From assembly GCA_002269645.1 (NCBI GenBank), contig NIVC01000700.1:186001-250000 (forward strand): DNA of 64,000 bases, read 5' to 3'. The translations under genes were made by a program, and so were the position numbers. The notes beneath the pieces were generated by a model, which was not told where the DNA came from, did not search any database, and saw only the letters and a program-made list of their open reading frames with translations. Shown in pieces: positions 60,859-64,000 of this stretch (position 1 is the stretch's first letter; each line of letters starts with the position of its first letter). Origin of the DNA: Macrostomum lignano (Eukaryota).

Positions 60859-61006
60859 CAGAATCCGAGTCTGATGAGAATGAGTCGCCGCTGTCACACG
60901 CCGGGATCCAGTGAACCGCCTGAGCCGCGTCGAACCTGGTGCACTTGACTACAACCGGCACGGAGCCCACAGCCGAGGCCTGATGAGTTGACTGACTTTT
61001 AATCAT
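60859..61006 (-). CDS. Candidate alternative first coding exon of the RasGAP gene (MIKSQSTHQ...SDSDS)
   Basis: ATG at 61006, open frame to a G|GTGAGT donor in phase 1, which matches the phase-1 acceptor at 38562. No homology evidence. Confidence 0.35.
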
Positions 61007-61729
61007 GACGATTTAAAATTGAAATTATATTTAAGCGGCTGCCCTGACTAGAATGGCTGAGTGAGCGAGTATCAGGTGAAAGCGGCCCAGGCTTAGCCAC
61101 TGACATCTGCTCCAAATTTGTAGGCTACAAATTTTCCTCAGCAAAATTGATTGCTTCACCTCCTGCTCGGGCTCAGCTCTCTCTCTCCCCCCTCCTCTGA
61201 CTCCTCTCTATTGCGGTTTAATAAAGAGTTTTCACCAATCCCGATTCTTATTCGCCGACAGCCAATAGGAAGATCTGGCTGGGACATAAATTAATTGTAA
61301 TTTTCCTTTAGTTTACTTATAGTAGACTAATTAACGGATTTTCTACGCTGCCGGTTATAAAAACAGTACAATTTCGGTGCAGGTCGATTTTGCAGACATT
61401 TCTAATCATTTAAGCAAATCTGTACAGTTTGCGTTTGCGCAGAAATTGTTTAAAATCTCACCATTCTTTAAAACTGACCTTATTATTTGTAGGGTTGTTT
61501 GTCTCAGTTATCGGGTTTGAAACGAAAAACATGTAGCAAAAAAGTTTTCTGTCGGCGCTATCTGTTAGTATCTGTGCTCACTGAGGGCACAGCTCAAGCT
61601 CTGAACTTTGTGACCTGAAAGTTATTTTGCTGTGCGAGCGGACGAGCTTGTTGCGCCTGGCAATCGGAGACTGAACATAAAAATGTTACACAGAATTCCC
61701 GGAAAGAATTGTGGCTAGCGTTACTTGAT

Positions 61730-62550
61730 TTGTCTGTCTCCGATTCCTAATCTCTCATTCCTCCCTCTCTGATTTCCCCTCTCCGATTCGCATCTATGAT
61801 TCCCATCTCTGATTCCCCCTATTTGCTTCCCCTCTCTGCTTCCCCGTCTCTGATTCCCCGTCTCTGATTCCCCCTCTTTGCTTCCCCTCTCTGCTTCCCC
61901 GTCTCTGACTCGCATATCTGATTCCCCCTCTCTGATTCCCCCTCTCTGATTCCCCCTCTCTGATTCCCCCTATCTGATTCCCCCTCTCTGATTCCCATCT
62001 CTGATTCCCCCTTTCTGCTCCCCCCTCTCTGCTTCCCCATCTCTGATTCCCCCTCTCTGCTTCCCCGCCTCTGATTCGAATCTCTGATTCCCTCTCACTG
62101 ATTTCCCCTCACTGATTCCCTCTCACTGATTCCCCCTCTCTGCTCACCCCTCTCTGCTTCCCCATCTCTGCTTCCCATCTCTGCTTCCCCATCTCTGATC
62201 CCCCCTCACTGATTCCCTGTCACTGATTCCCCCTCTCTGATTCCCCCTCTCTGATGACCCCTCTCTGCATCCCCATCTCTGCTTCCCATCTCTGATTCCC
62301 CCTCTCTGCTTCCCCATCTCTGCTTCCTATCTCTGATTCCCCCTCTCTGCTTCCCCCTCTCTGCTTCCCCATCTCTGCTTCCCCATCTCTGCTTCCCCCC
62401 CACTAATTCTCTCTCTCTGATTCCCTCTCACTGATTTCCCCTTTCTGATTTCCATCTCTGATCCTTTTTCACTGATTCCCCTTCTGATTCCCCCTCTCTG
62501 GTCCCCCCTCCCTGATTCCCTTCTCTGATGCTTTCTGTCTGATCCCCCTC
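61730..62550. repeat. ~12-14-bp pyrimidine-rich repeat (CTCTCTGATTCCCC)
   Basis: Degenerate tandem array. Confidence 0.9.
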
Positions 62551-63099
62551 CAAAATTCTCCTTCTCCCTTATACATGTTCCTATTAATTCTCTGTGTGTC
62601 TCTTTTTCCCTCTCTCACACGCGTCTTCAGTCGCTGCTTATTCAGAGACAGATTTTACAAACCCCATGTCAGCGAGCCCCAATGGGGCATTGGTAACCAT
62701 TGGTAACTATGCCGCTCAAAACTTCGCGCCTTCTGTTTCGACTTTGGCTGAATAGCCAAAATTCCAACTGAAACACCAGTTCTCCCCCCCAGGGGTCCGC
62801 GATATTGGCTGATCCATCGGCCTCCCCGTATCAGTTGGTTGCGTAGAAGATAAGCATTGCGCAACGCATGGCCAGCCTCGGCCGTTCGGTGCCAGAGTAT
62901 TGACTGACTCTTTAAACTCACACTGCCGCCTGATTGCTTCTGGTTTCTGCAGCTGGGGGAAACGAATTCTGTCAGTCCCCTTCTGTCTCAGCCTCTGCCC
63001 CTGATATCTGTGATATCTGCTAACTCACTCACTCCTGCTCTACTCCCCCCATCTACTGCCAACCTTCTTCTTTACCTCCTGCCAATCTCACCCTTAGTT

Positions 63100-63440
63100 C
63101 TCCCTCTCACCCTCCCTCTCACCCCCTCCCTCTCAGCCCTCTCCCTCTCACCCCTCTCCCTCTCACCCCTCTCCCTCTCCCTCTCACCCCTCTCCCTCTC
63201 ACTCCCTCCCTCTCACCCCTCTCCCTCTCCCTCTCACCCCTCTCCCTCTCACTCCCTCCCTCTCACCCCTCTCCCTCTCCCTCTCACCCCTCTCCCTCTC
63301 CCTCTCACCCCTCTCCCTCTCACTCCCTCCCTCTCACCCCTCTCCCTCTCACCCCTTTCCCTCTCATCCCTCTCCCTCTCACCCCTCTCCCTCTCATCCC
63401 TCTCCCTCTCACCCCTCTCCCTCTCACCCCTCTCCCTATA
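63100..63440. repeat. CTCTCACCC/CTCTCC pyrimidine repeat
   Basis: Directly visible. Confidence 0.9.
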
Positions 63441-63824
63441 ACCCTTCCCACTGTCATCAACAAATTGTAACCTAATTTATTAGTATTGAAAGCCTCCTTT
63501 TTCTAAGTATGATACATGAATTCAACATAAGTACTAGCGTACAATCTGCAAGCCATATTTCAAAGCTATAGATAATCACGTGATTCGATTGTGACACGCC
63601 TTTAATTCGCGTGACTCACGACAGAGCTAAGATTGATCAATTTTGAAGCAGCTTGCCTGTCTTCTGCTTGCGAAACAGCTTGAGTTCCGGTGTGGCCAGG
63701 GTTAAACAAACGCTGAATAAAGTTTGAGGTATCTCACATGCGCCAGTGTATTGTAGGGCAGCAGCTGCCACCTCTAAAGAACTTTTACAGCAGTTTCCCG
63801 GTGTTTAAATCGCCTCCTCACCCG

Positions 63825-64000
63825 CGACACCTCTCCCTTTCATCCACTCCCTCATCCTCTCCCTTTCATCCACTCCCTCATACTCTCCCTTTCATCCACT
63901 CCCTCATCCTCTCCCTTTCATCCACTCCCTCATCCTCTCCCTTTCATCCACTCCCTCATCCTCTCCCTTTCATCCACTCCCTCATCCTCTCCCTTTCATC
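63825..64000. repeat. 26-bp minisatellite (CTCCCTTTCATCCACTCCCTCATCCT), running off the window
   Basis: Directly visible. Confidence 0.93.

Overview
Eukaryotic (metazoan) genomic DNA. GC-rich spliced exons, poly-Q tracts and minisatellite-filled introns resemble the flatworm Macrostomum lignano; this is an inference from sequence style only. The left third holds five co-oriented + strand genes: the 3' part of a divergent PIEZO (8 exons, 33-8122), intronless Elongin C, SDHAF4, a single-domain phosphoethanolamine N-methyltransferase (3 exons) and a DEG/ENaC channel (2 exons). Next is a young 1335-bp Tc1/IS630-type DNA transposon (25915-27249) with 143-bp TIRs, a TA duplication and an unusually short D-D(30)-E spacing. 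The - strand carries a SynGAP/DAB2IP/RASAL2-family RasGAP (28656 to at least 44152, possibly 61006, with two candidate first exons). Two tRNA-derived SINE families are present, one a CORE-SINE. About 30 distinct tandem-repeat arrays occur, nearly one per intron, and most long ORFs in the supplied track are artefacts of them. There is no CRISPR array, rRNA or true tRNA gene. The best leads are the DD30E transposon, the candidate trans-spliced gene cluster, the single-domain PMT, the divergent PIEZO pore, satellites overlapping splice signals, and a possible small antisense gene at 45.3-48.6 kb.
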